A stretch of 32,971 nt of DNA from Candidatus Parcubacteria bacterium (GTDB lineage Bacteria > Patescibacteriota > Minisyncoccia > Phycocordibacterales > PALSA-1337): NCBI GenBank assembly GCA_034666165.1, contig JAXDMJ010000015.1, positions 1 through 32,971 on the forward strand, in the 5' to 3' direction. The position numbers were made by a program, and so were the translations under genes. Positions 18,840 to 27,776 of this stretch are shown here, piece by piece; within the stretch, counting starts at the first letter, position 1; each line of letters opens with the position of its first letter. The notes beneath the pieces were generated by a model, which saw only the letters and a list, made by a program, of their open reading frames with translations, did no database searches and had not been told where the DNA came from.

Positions 18840-20114
18840 TTACGGTTTTTTCCGAACGACCAGTGTCCCGGCATATCTCACGAATAATATTGATGCGGTT
18901 GAAATGAAGACGCCGAGCGCCCAGCCGGCGATGACGTCAGAGGCCCAATGCACGTTCAAGATCAGGCGCGAAAGGCCGATCAGAATGACCAGAAGCGCGC
19001 AGACGACGATCATGATCTCCCTTTTGATCCAGGAACTGATCTTGGGTGCAAAAAGATATGCCGCGGCCACGAAAAAAGCCGCAGAAATAGCGGCGTGACC
19101 CGAAGGAAAGCTCGGGTCATTGACGAGTGTGACGACGGCATTGGCCGGACGGGCAAGCATAAAAAACTCCTTCAGAACGCCGACCATTAAGGCCGTCCCG
19201 CCGATCGAGAGGAGCATGACGGCGGCCGAACGCCATTTTTTCCGCACGAGAAACCAGAGGCCTAAGAGCGAGCCGACGGCCGGCAGGACAACCGTGCCGC
19301 CGACAGCCGAGACCGCTTTGGCCAAAAGAATGAAAAACGGGTGTGCTCGGCCGAAGCTGTCCATCGCGCCATTGACCCAAACATCGAAGCCGAGCTTGAA
19401 AGCCTTGTCAGTCAAACGATCGATCGTTCCGAAAAGCGCCCAGAGAGAAATGACATTCAAAGCCAAAGTAATGAGTTCGTACCGGCGGAAAATATGGAAA
19501 CGCATGTTGACGAAACGGTAGCCCCAGATGATGATCACTGCCGCGATCACGGCGATGGTGGCGAAACGGCCGAAATACGGGGCGATAGTGTGGTAGCCGG
19601 CGCCGAAAATATAGCCGGCAAAGACTGAAAGCACCGTCCAGCTCGCGCCGCCGATCAGGTTGAACAGCCAGAAACGTCCAGCCGGCGCGCGGCCGCAGCC
19701 GACCAAAAAAGGCAGAAGAGAGCGCGTGGCCGGCGTGAACCGCCCGACGATCATGGCTTTGCCGGTATGTTCCGAGAGCAAGACGCGGGCCCGTTCGATG
19801 TGGGCATCCGTCACGAAAAAAAACGGCCGGACCCGCTCGATAAAGGCCGGGCCATACTTGCGTCCGATGGCAAATCCTATGTAATCGCCTAGAACCGCTC
19901 CCGTCATAGATACGGCCAGAACCCAGCCCAGATCTAAGGTGCCTATTTTGGCCATAAAACCGGCAATGATCACCGAAATATGCCCGGGTACGGCAATCCC
20001 GATCACCGGAATGCCCTCAAGTATCGTAAAGATGAAGAGGATTACATAGCCGCTCTGTGAGATTATGCTTTCAAGATTCGCTCCGAGGGTTACAAAGAGA
20101 TGTGCATAAGGCAT
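18840..20114 (-). CDS. Bifunctional DedA-family / PAP2 phosphatase membrane protein
   Basis: DedA: GAVLGDYIGFAIGRKYG, GRFTP..R; PAP2: LKEFFMLARP, SFPSGHA, SRLILNVHWASDVIAG. Confidence 0.92.
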   Translation of the reverse strand: MPYAHLFVTLGANLESIISQSGYVILFIFTILEGIPVIGIAVPGHISVIIAGFMAKIGTLDLGWVLAVSMTGAVLGDYIGFAIGRKYGPAFIERVRPFFFVTDAHIERARVLLSEHTGKAMIVGRFTPATRSLLPFLVGCGRAPAGRFWLFNLIGGASWTVLSVFAGYIFGAGYHTIAPYFGRFATIAVIAAVIIIWGYRFVNMRFHIFRRYELITLALNVISLWALFGTIDRLTDKAFKLGFDVWVNGAMDSFGRAHPFFILLAKAVSAVGGTVVLPAVGSLLGLWFLVRKKWRSAAVMLLSIGGTALMVGVLKEFFMLARPANAVVTLVNDPSFPSGHAAISAAFFVAAAYLFAPKISSWIKREIMIVVCALLVILIGLSRLILNVHWASDVIAGWALGVFISTASILFVRYAGTLVVRKKP

Positions 20115-20122
20115 ATTTGCAG

Positions 20123-20144
20123 AGTATACCATGCATGCTATACT
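20123..20144. promoter_or_regulatory. Back-to-back extended -10 elements (divergent promoter)
   Basis: AGTATA-CCATGCATGC-TATACT gives TGnTATACT on both strands. Confidence 0.55.
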
Positions 20145-20221
20145 TGCCTCAATAAAAACATCGTGGGCGTCAGGCGCCGCGTATTTTAGGTTGTTGTGAA
20201 TTTATTAATAACCTCTATTTT

Positions 20222-20458
20222 ATGAAAAACGTAACCATTTATTCAACGCCCACGTGCGTCTATTGCAATATGGCCAAGACTTTTTTCAAGGCCAACGAGG
20301 TCGCTTATACGGAATATAACGTCGCCTCCGATCTCGCCCGCCGCAAGGAAATGATCGACAAGACTGGCCAGATGGGCGTGCCGGTCATCGATCTTAACGG
20401 CGAGATCGTCGTCGGCTACGATGAGCCGAAGCTCAAGTCAGTTCTCGGGATCAAGTGA
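20222..20458 (+). CDS. Glutaredoxin-like NrdH-redoxin (YruB-type)
   Basis: IYSTPTCVYC, GQMGVPVI...VGYD. Confidence 0.92.
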   Translation: MKNVTIYSTPTCVYCNMAKTFFKANEVAYTEYNVASDLARRKEMIDKTGQMGVPVIDLNGEIVVGYDEPKLKSVLGIK

Positions 20459-20479
20459 TCCTCGGGACAAGGGGATAGG

Positions 20480-20520
20480 AAGAAGGAAAGACGTAAATCA
20501 TTTGTTTCTTTCCTTCTTTT
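20480..20520. terminator. Probable terminator between glutaredoxin and tRNA-Gly
   Basis: AAGAAGGAAAGA...TCTTTCCTTCTT 12-bp inverted repeat followed by a T-run. Confidence 0.55.
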
Positions 20521-20542
20521 TATTTTGGAAGCGGGATCCGTG

Positions 20543-20613
20543 TGCGGGTACGGGGAATCGAACCCCGATCTGCTGCTTGGGAAGCAGCCATTCTGCCACT
20601 AAACTATACCCGC
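20543..20613 (-). tRNA. tRNA-Gly(CCC)
   Basis: GCGGGTA/TACCCGC acceptor, GCTGC-TTCCCAA-GCAGC anticodon arm, TTCGA T-loop. Confidence 0.95.
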
Positions 20614-20616
20614 AGG

Positions 20617-21018
20617 TCAGAGTCCGAATGATTGCACGATCTTCTGCCACCACGAGGTCCGTGGCGACGCCGGCGCGACCGGAGTCGACGAGGCCGACAG
20701 CGCCGCGGCAGTCTGATCTGCGTCGACGATGACCGCCACCGATTCGCCTTCCTTGACGGCCCGGTATTTCGTGCGCAGTTCGGCTTCTATGCCCTGCTCC
20801 GATCCGAGATAGCCGACTTGCGTTTCAAGCTCCTTTTGGCGTGCTTCAAGTTTGCCGAGATCGGTCTGTGCCTGGGCGAGCCTCTGCGCGCTCAAAAAGG
20901 CTTTGTCACGGATATTGGCGCTGGCTCTGGCCAGAATGATAAGTATGATGAGGAGGCCGGCTAAGAGAAACGGCGAGGCCAGGAAGCGCTTGGCGAAGGG
21001 GCGTTTGCCGTATTTCAT
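20617..21018 (-). CDS. FtsB/DivIC-like septum formation initiator
   Basis: Short basic N-terminus, one TM, coiled coil, then L.SEQGIEAELRTKY...KEGE..VIV. Confidence 0.8.
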   Translation of the reverse strand: MKYGKRPFAKRFLASPFLLAGLLIILIILARASANIRDKAFLSAQRLAQAQTDLGKLEARQKELETQVGYLGSEQGIEAELRTKYRAVKEGESVAVIVDADQTAAALSASSTPVAPASPRTSWWQKIVQSFGL

Positions 21019-21025
21019 GTCTCAC

Positions 21026-21033
21026 AGTATACT
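21026..21033. promoter_or_regulatory. Palindromic bidirectional -10 element
   Basis: AGTATACT reads TATACT on both strands, 7 nt and 9 nt from divergent start codons. Confidence 0.6.
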
Positions 21034-21042
21034 AGATTTACC

Positions 21043-21150
21043 GTGTTATTTCATGAAAAAACCCGCAAGGCTGCCGGCGTCGGCTTCATGGTCATCGGCG
21101 TCCTCGTCATAATCAGTATGATTCTGCTGTACTTCCCTATCTGGCGATGA
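21043..21150 (+). CDS. Unannotated 35-aa single-TM membrane protein
   Basis: GTG..TGA ORF MLFHEKTRKAAGVGFMVIGVLVIISMILLYFPIWR fills the gap, uses genome-typical codons (GGC, GTC, ATC) and has a -10 element 9 nt upstream. Confidence 0.75.
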   Translation: MLFHEKTRKAAGVGFMVIGVLVIISMILLYFPIWR

Positions 21151-21160
21151 AGCTCTCCGG

Positions 21161-22996
21161 CTACTCGCCGCCTCCGCGCATCATCTTGACGAAAATCTCC
21201 TGAGGAATAGTGACCCTGCCGCGCGCCTTCAGGCGCTTCTTTCCTTTTTTCTGCTTCTCGCGCAGTTTCATTTTGCGGGTGATATCGCCGCCGGAGAGCG
21301 TTCCGGCCACGTCTTTTTTCATGCCGGAGAGAGTCCGCGAGGCGATGATGCGGCCGAGGGCTTTAGCCTGGATCTTGAAGGAGAAAAGCTCGCGCGGCAG
21401 GTTCTTGTAAAGCCGCTCGACCGCAGAGGTCGCCTCCTCGTTAACGCGCTTCCGGCCGACCACGCGCGAAAATGCCGGAACGATCTCATCAGCGATCAGG
21501 ATGTCGAGACGGGTAACGTCAGCCGGACGATCCTCCCCGATATCATATGAGACTGAGGCATAGCCGGACGAAACGCTCTTGAGCTCGTCGAAAAAATTCC
21601 TCATCAGTTCCCGTAAAGGCATCTTCGAGACGAGCATCGTGCGATTGTCGCCGAACGTCTCAGTCGAGAGGACTTCGGCTTCATGGTCGTAGAGCGATCT
21701 CATCAGTCCGCCGATATACCGCGGCGGCGTGAGGATCTTCAAGGTTACGATTGGCTCCGAGACGAGGGCGATGTCGTGATCGTCGGGAAACAGCGCCGGT
21801 GAATAGATCATCACGGTCTTGCCGTCCTTCTGCTTGACCACATAAGTAATGGTCGGCATGGTCACGATCAGTTCAAGATTGAATTCGCGGCGCAGGCGTT
21901 CGGTGACGATCTCGAGGTGAAGCATGCCGAGAAATCCGGCGCGGTAGCCTTTCCCGAGCGTTCCCGAGGCTTCTTCCTCGTACGTGAAGGCGGAATCGGA
22001 CAATTTGAGGCGCCCCAGAGCCTGGCGCAAAAGCGACAGGTCATCCTGGCTTTCGGGATACAGCGACGCCCAGACGACCGGCCGCGGAGTCTCGTAGCCG
22101 GGGAGCGGCGGGCTCTGGTCGCGGACGGAAGAGACGGTGTCGCCGACAGATGCTACGCCGGGCTCCTTGATGCCTGTCACTATATAGCCGATCTCGCCCG
22201 CACTCAATGTCTCCGCCGGCGTGTGATCGGGAGCAAAGATGCCGACTTCGATCGCTTCAAATTCTTTTCGGGCTACTTTGAAGGAAAGCCGGTCATGCTT
22301 CCCGACCGCGCCGTCGAAGACGCGCACGTACACTATGACGCCGGTGTGATTTGAATAATGAAAATCGAAAATGAGCGATCTGAAAGCCTTCACCGGCCCA
22401 GCCGCCGCCGTTCCCGCCGCTTTCGCTCCCTCGGCGGCTTCCGCCGCCGATGAAAACGGTGCCGGAATGCGCCTGACGATCTCTTCCAAAAGACGGGCGA
22501 CCCCTTCACCGGTCTTGCCTGAGACTTTGAGCACGTCTTCTTTCGAACAGCCGAGCAGCTGGCAGACTTCGGCCGAAACCTCGTCCGTCCGCGCCAGCGG
22601 CGAATCGATCTTGCTCACGACCGGCAGGATCGTCAGGCCGGCAGCGCGGGCCATGTTCAAAGTCGTCAGAGTCTGGGCTTGCACGCCTTGCGTGGCGTCG
22701 ACGAGCAGGATCGAGCCTTCGACCGCCCGGAGCGCGCGCGAAACCTCGTAGGAAAAATCGATGTGTCCGGGCGTATCTATCAGATTCAGGATATACTCCC
22801 GATATTTCATGCGCACCGGCTGCATCTTGATCGTAATGCCGCGCTCGCGCTCGAGCTCCATCGAATCGAGGACTTGCTCCTGCATCTTCCTTTTTTCGAT
22901 CGTGCCAGTCATTTCGAGCAGGCGGTCGGCCAAGGTCGACTTGCCATGGTCGATGTGGGCGATGATCGAGAAATTGCGGATGTATCGGGGGTCCAT
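21161..22996 (-). CDS. lepA: Translation elongation factor 4 (LepA)
   Basis: IRNFSIIAHIDHGKSTLADR, LERERGITIK, DTPGH.DF.YEVSR, GFLGMLH, GGDITRK.KL.EKQK.GKKR.K. Confidence 0.97.
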   Translation of the reverse strand: MDPRYIRNFSIIAHIDHGKSTLADRLLEMTGTIEKRKMQEQVLDSMELERERGITIKMQPVRMKYREYILNLIDTPGHIDFSYEVSRALRAVEGSILLVDATQGVQAQTLTTLNMARAAGLTILPVVSKIDSPLARTDEVSAEVCQLLGCSKEDVLKVSGKTGEGVARLLEEIVRRIPAPFSSAAEAAEGAKAAGTAAAGPVKAFRSLIFDFHYSNHTGVIVYVRVFDGAVGKHDRLSFKVARKEFEAIEVGIFAPDHTPAETLSAGEIGYIVTGIKEPGVASVGDTVSSVRDQSPPLPGYETPRPVVWASLYPESQDDLSLLRQALGRLKLSDSAFTYEEEASGTLGKGYRAGFLGMLHLEIVTERLRREFNLELIVTMPTITYVVKQKDGKTVMIYSPALFPDDHDIALVSEPIVTLKILTPPRYIGGLMRSLYDHEAEVLSTETFGDNRTMLVSKMPLRELMRNFFDELKSVSSGYASVSYDIGEDRPADVTRLDILIADEIVPAFSRVVGRKRVNEEATSAVERLYKNLPRELFSFKIQAKALGRIIASRTLSGMKKDVAGTLSGGDITRKMKLREKQKKGKKRLKARGRVTIPQEIFVKMMRGGGE

Positions 22997-23062
22997 GATG
23001 CACGTGATGAAACCTCATTATATAGAAAGACGGCTTATCAGTATATAAAAATGCGGCCGAGG

Positions 23063-23413
23063 TCAATACCGCGCGCCGCTTGGGTAAAAATTAGCGAAAT
23101 CAGCCGAACGTTTGGCCGGCAGAACCGGCAGCCAAAACGTATAGAAATAGTTGCCAATATTGTCCCTGCCGCGACTGCCATGATGGCGACAGGCCGGTTC
23201 CCGCCAGAGCAGTCCGATAAGCCGGTCGGCATCTGTGACTGTTTCGTCGAAAGTTTTCTTGCCCGCTTCCACCGGTACATAGAAATAGACCGCGTACCAT
23301 TGGCTCTTGTGCACCTCACTGACGTGACCGAAGATGACCGGGTGCAAACGCCTCATCTTCCCGAAAAGCTTTGTTTGGAGCTCATCGGCCGATACTGATG
23401 ACTGTAACTTCAT
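23063..23413 (-). CDS. Hypothetical protein (116 aa)
   Basis: Fills the gap between murJ and lepA; GAGGAGGGG purine tract and TTGACT-type promoter upstream; no recognisable motif. Confidence 0.55.
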   Translation of the reverse strand: MKLQSSVSADELQTKLFGKMRRLHPVIFGHVSEVHKSQWYAVYFYVPVEAGKKTFDETVTDADRLIGLLWREPACRHHGSRGRDNIGNYFYTFWLPVLPAKRSADFANFYPSGARY

Positions 23414-23515
23414 AACCCACCATACTTCCCCTCCTCTGCATTGCCTTGGAATAAGTTAAACTACCGCAGAACAAAAGTCAAGCGGGGCCGATAACTGCAG
23501 ACATCCTCACATATG

Positions 23516-25195
23516 CTACATATGCTCGACTTCGGCCGGCGGCACCGGCACTTTCCAGATCTTATGATGCAGCGTCGACCAGACCTCTTCGAGTTCCTTG
23601 TTCTTGAGGATGAGGAGGACGATCACGAGGACCGCGAGACCGACGATGCCGGAACAAAGGCCTTGAAGGAAGACGCCCCAAACCTTGGTGAGCGGGAAGA
23701 CGGCGGCAAAGATTCTTAACGACAGGAAAGAGGCATAGCCCATGATGATCGAGGCGGCAAAAGTCTGGAAAAGCGAAGCTAGGACCGGCTTGGTGAAGCC
23801 GGGATAAGCGCGCTCATAGACGATCCAATGCAGGACCGTGTTCAGAGTGAGGCCGATCGAGTATGCCAAGCCGAGAACGAGCACGCTGGTGCCTGCCTGG
23901 CCGTCGACTCTGAGCAAAGTCTCGAGGAAATACTTGAAGACATCGTGCGCCAGAAAGGCCCGGTAGAGCAGGAATCCGGCAACGACCATGACGATGGCCG
24001 AGACGACGTTGATGAGAAGCGGCCGCGCCGTCTTGCCTTCGGCGTAAAAGGCGCGGACAAAGAGGACCACGAGGCTCTGGCCGATGGTTGAGACCGTGAA
24101 CAGCGCCAGCATGGCGGCCGTGAGGCGCGTGTCCGCCCAGTCGAACTTTCCGGCCCCGAGAACTGTGCGGACGATCTGGGCGCGTAGCACGATGAAGAGC
24201 ACCGCCAAGGGCATGGACCAGAAGATGATGTGCTCGGCCGAGGTGATCATTTTTTTCTTGAATTCGGCCACATCGCCCTTGAAGAGCATCAGGGAAAGCG
24301 TGGGAAAGACGGCCGACGAATAACTGGCCCCGATCAGAGTGAGCGGCACCGATTGCAGATTGAAAGCGAAATTATAGACGGAGATCGAACCGGCGGCCAT
24401 GAGCGAAGCCAGCGAGACGAGGACGAAGGAGGCGATCTGATTGGCCGAGAGCGTCAAGGTGCGCGGCAAAGTGGTCAGAGCGATTTTTCTGACATCGGAC
24501 CAATCGATGGCGGCAGTAAAACGGGGCAGCCTTTTTTCATGCTGCAAAAATGGCAACTGGATGCCCATGTGGAGAAAAGCACCGATCACCACACCCAAGG
24601 CCAGTCCGGGAATACCCAAGACCGGATAGAAGAGGAGCACGCCGGCGATGATGCCGGCATTGTAGACCACCGGGGAGGCCGCATAGACCAAAAAACGATG
24701 ATGCATCTGCGTCAGGCTGGAAAAAAGATTCGATAGGCCGAGGAAGAACGGTGACAGGAGCATGATGCGCATCGACTCGACGAGTTCGGGCAGGGCTGGA
24801 TCATGGGCAAAGCCGGGCAGGAGTAAGGGCACGATGCGAGGCGCGAGGAGAAAAATGACGGCGGCGGAGAGCGCCATGGCGCCGAAAAAGACGGTGAATA
24901 TGCCGCTCGAGAACTCTTTGCCCTTCTCCGGCGAAGCGCCGAAACGCTCGATGAAATACGGCAGGAGGATCGAGGCGGAGACCAGCGAGCCGACGGTGGC
25001 GAAGAGGAGATCGGGAATGCGGAAAGCGGCGTAATAGACGTCGAGGGCATGGCCGGCGCCGAAGGTAAAGGCCAGCAGTTTGTCCCGGACCAAAGCCAGG
25101 ATGAGCGAGAGAAAAGCGAAGGCAGCCAAGAGATACGCGGCCTCGTGCAGGCCGCGTATCTCTTGGCCGATGAATGAGAACCACCGCTTGACCAT
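23516..25195 (-). CDS. murJ: Lipid II flippase MurJ
   Basis: LALVRD..LA..FGAG..LDVYYAAFRIPD, P.VYN.GII, RAFYAEG.T.RP; many TM segments. Confidence 0.92.
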   Translation of the reverse strand: MVKRWFSFIGQEIRGLHEAAYLLAAFAFLSLILALVRDKLLAFTFGAGHALDVYYAAFRIPDLLFATVGSLVSASILLPYFIERFGASPEKGKEFSSGIFTVFFGAMALSAAVIFLLAPRIVPLLLPGFAHDPALPELVESMRIMLLSPFFLGLSNLFSSLTQMHHRFLVYAASPVVYNAGIIAGVLLFYPVLGIPGLALGVVIGAFLHMGIQLPFLQHEKRLPRFTAAIDWSDVRKIALTTLPRTLTLSANQIASFVLVSLASLMAAGSISVYNFAFNLQSVPLTLIGASYSSAVFPTLSLMLFKGDVAEFKKKMITSAEHIIFWSMPLAVLFIVLRAQIVRTVLGAGKFDWADTRLTAAMLALFTVSTIGQSLVVLFVRAFYAEGKTARPLLINVVSAIVMVVAGFLLYRAFLAHDVFKYFLETLLRVDGQAGTSVLVLGLAYSIGLTLNTVLHWIVYERAYPGFTKPVLASLFQTFAASIIMGYASFLSLRIFAAVFPLTKVWGVFLQGLCSGIVGLAVLVIVLLILKNKELEEVWSTLHHKIWKVPVPPAEVEHM

Positions 25196-25237
25196 GTGGG
25201 AACCATTCTATCACAGGATTTGATTTTCAGCAGAAAA

Positions 25238-27634
25238 TTATTTTTGTTTCTCCTTGATGGGCAGCATCGGTCGCTTCTCCGGATCGGCCGTGACCGGCGG
25301 CGCGGCGTCGGCGAAGATCGGCTTGCCCGCGCGCAGATTGACGAGGATCAGACTGACCTCCTGATTGTCGGGATTTGTTTTCGCCAATTCCGTGAATTGC
25401 GTGATGGCATCGGCGGTCTTGCCGACCCGCGCATCGGCGAGGCCGAGGAAATATCTGGCGTTGGCGTAATCGCCCTGGAGCCGGACCGCTTCGGCCAATG
25501 ATGCGGCCGCGTTCGCATAATCCTTGGAATTATACTGGAGCAGGCCCAACTGGAAATGCAGGAGCGGATTCTCGGGATTGAGCCCGAGCGCCACTTGGGC
25601 GGCGGTAATGGCTTGAGGCAGATTTCCCTTGGCGGCATAGACCTGCGAGAGGATGAAGATGGCATCAAGATAATTATTTTTGACGTTGAGAGCGGCGCCG
25701 AGGGTTTGCAGTGCGTCGTCGAGCTTGCTTTGATTGGCCTGTAGCCGCGCCAGATTGAGATAGAGAGACGGATTCGCCGGATTGCGATTGATCGCTTGGA
25801 GATAGGCATTGACCGCGTCCTCATAGTTTTGGGGCAGGCGGAAATTGGCGCCCATTTCAGCCGCGCGCGCCAGAGAAACGTAATTGAAGTAATTCGTCTG
25901 ATCGGAGGCGATGGCATTTTTCGAGAACTCGCGCGCCTGATCGATCTCGCTTGTGACTTCTCCGTAGAGGGCCTGTGAGGTCGTGGCCGGCGTAGCGGCC
26001 GTGACCGATTGCGCCAAGCTGGTGGCCTTGGACAGTGCCGCTTCCGAGCGCGCCTGCCAGTAGACATCGGAAGAATCGATCGCCAGCGCTTTCTTGAAGA
26101 AAGAATCGGCCAGATCGGCATTGCCGGCCGGCGAAAGCTCCCCTACGCCGGAAGCGAAGAAAGCCACAGCGGCAGTTTTGCGGACATATGAGAGCCCCCA
26201 GGCCGCGGCGATGATGATCAAGACTGTCACAAGGAGCGGCAGCGCCCGATATGAGAAAGATCCCTGCCGCGAAGCCAGACCGTTCCCTTCAAGCGAGCCG
26301 AACGCGAGCGAGCCGCCGAAAAAGATGCCGGTAAAAACGAAAGCCAAAAATATGAGGACGTGCGACGGCACGTAGATGAGCGCAGAGAGCCAGAGGAATG
26401 CGGCGCTCGCATACGAAGAGATCATGACGAAGCGGGCGGAAGGATCGACGGGCAAGCGCCGGCCGAGGGCCCGCACGCCGGCCATGCCGAAGAACACAAA
26501 GAACAGGATCCAGAGGATCGTGCCGATCACGCCCTGTTCGGCCACGAAGGTCGGCAAGAGGCCGAAGCCAGTGCCGAATTCAACTCCCCAGGCGCCCGTT
26601 TGATTGAGACCTGCCGGTTTAAAAGCGAGGAAGGCCTGAACGAAATGATTGGGACCGACGCCCAAGAGAGGCAGGCTCTTGATAGCGCCGGCCGTAACAT
26701 CGATCGTCATCTGCCACGGCAAAGCGAGCTCCGAATAGCTTCCGTAAAGTTTGGCCGCCGTCGAGCCGGCGACCCGCGATCCGATCGGCGAAACAAAGAA
26801 GGCAGATACGAGGCAGGCGATGATCGGCAGCCACGCCAAATGGCGGATCTTTGATCTGCCGAGAGTGTCGGTTTTTGCTTTGAAAAAATACATGTAGACC
26901 GCGAGACCGAGGAATACGAGAATTGCGGGCTGCCAGATAAGCGGCGGGTTTATGAAGATGGCGGCCAGAGCGCCGAAGATGATCAGGATCCAGTAGACCA
27001 GATGCATGCGGAAGGACAGCGGCAAGACGGATACGGCGATCAAGGAGACGAGCGCCACGACAAGTGAATATATGCCCATGTTTGGCCAATTTCCGAGAGG
27101 CGTGGCAGTCAGTGAATTGAAGACTGAAAATGAGGCGAATCCGGACCCGAGGAAAAAACGCAGAGCGTGGAACAAATACAGGATGAGGAATGCCACGACC
27201 ACCGCCACGTAAATCACGACCGCTCTTTCAGCACGCCGCGCCACCAGCGTGAAAGCCACCAGCGCGGAAACAAACAGGCAGAGGATGAATCCGGCTGTGC
27301 CGACTTCGAATCCCTGACCGAAGAGCGACTTCATGGCGTTAATGCTCAATAACGAAGAGAGGGTCATGGCTACGGCAATCAGAACGGATATGGAAGATAT
27401 GCTTTTGGGAGGCAGGGCCATTTTCCTCTCTTTGAGGGCGATTATTCCGCAGAGTATGGCCGAAATCAGAGTACCGAGAACGATTACGGCGGTTTTCACC
27501 AGATTGAGCGGCACAAAAGTGGAAGGCCAGAAAACGAGCGGAGCGAGGACGACTGTGGCCAGAAAAATATAGAAGGCGGCTGATTCGAGGCGGCTCTTCG
27601 AATGACTCTCCGTGACGGAGGACTCATTGAACAT
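25238..27634 (-). CDS. Polytopic membrane protein (O-antigen-ligase/Wzy_C-like) with C-terminal TPR repeats
   Basis: About 12 TM segments, W..T.......PLLGVGPNHF loop, TPRs (YLQAINRNPANPSLYLNLA, LNPENPLLHFQLG, YANARYFLG). Start moved to ATG 27634 because ATG 27664 overlaps the TATAAT. Confidence 0.8.
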   Translation of the reverse strand: MFNESSVTESHSKSRLESAAFYIFLATVVLAPLVFWPSTFVPLNLVKTAVIVLGTLISAILCGIIALKERKMALPPKSISSISVLIAVAMTLSSLLSINAMKSLFGQGFEVGTAGFILCLFVSALVAFTLVARRAERAVVIYVAVVVAFLILYLFHALRFFLGSGFASFSVFNSLTATPLGNWPNMGIYSLVVALVSLIAVSVLPLSFRMHLVYWILIIFGALAAIFINPPLIWQPAILVFLGLAVYMYFFKAKTDTLGRSKIRHLAWLPIIACLVSAFFVSPIGSRVAGSTAAKLYGSYSELALPWQMTIDVTAGAIKSLPLLGVGPNHFVQAFLAFKPAGLNQTGAWGVEFGTGFGLLPTFVAEQGVIGTILWILFFVFFGMAGVRALGRRLPVDPSARFVMISSYASAAFLWLSALIYVPSHVLIFLAFVFTGIFFGGSLAFGSLEGNGLASRQGSFSYRALPLLVTVLIIIAAAWGLSYVRKTAAVAFFASGVGELSPAGNADLADSFFKKALAIDSSDVYWQARSEAALSKATSLAQSVTAATPATTSQALYGEVTSEIDQAREFSKNAIASDQTNYFNYVSLARAAEMGANFRLPQNYEDAVNAYLQAINRNPANPSLYLNLARLQANQSKLDDALQTLGAALNVKNNYLDAIFILSQVYAAKGNLPQAITAAQVALGLNPENPLLHFQLGLLQYNSKDYANAAASLAEAVRLQGDYANARYFLGLADARVGKTADAITQFTELAKTNPDNQEVSLILVNLRAGKPIFADAAPPVTADPEKRPMLPIKEKQK

Positions 27635-27742
27635 GATTGGATGATTAATTCGTAATCTGTCCATTATAGCAGAAGAGGAAAATTGCGCGCGCGCCTGTCC
27701 ACAGAAAATCCACGGGTGCGGAAGTGAGAGTCATGGTCGCGC

Positions 27743-27774
27743 GAAAATCCCGCCCTTTTCGGCGCGGGATTTTC
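27743..27774 (-). terminator. rnpB terminator
   Basis: GAAAATCCCGC...GCGGGATTTTC inverted repeat directly after the RNA 3' end. Confidence 0.75.
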
Positions 27775-27776
27775 AG

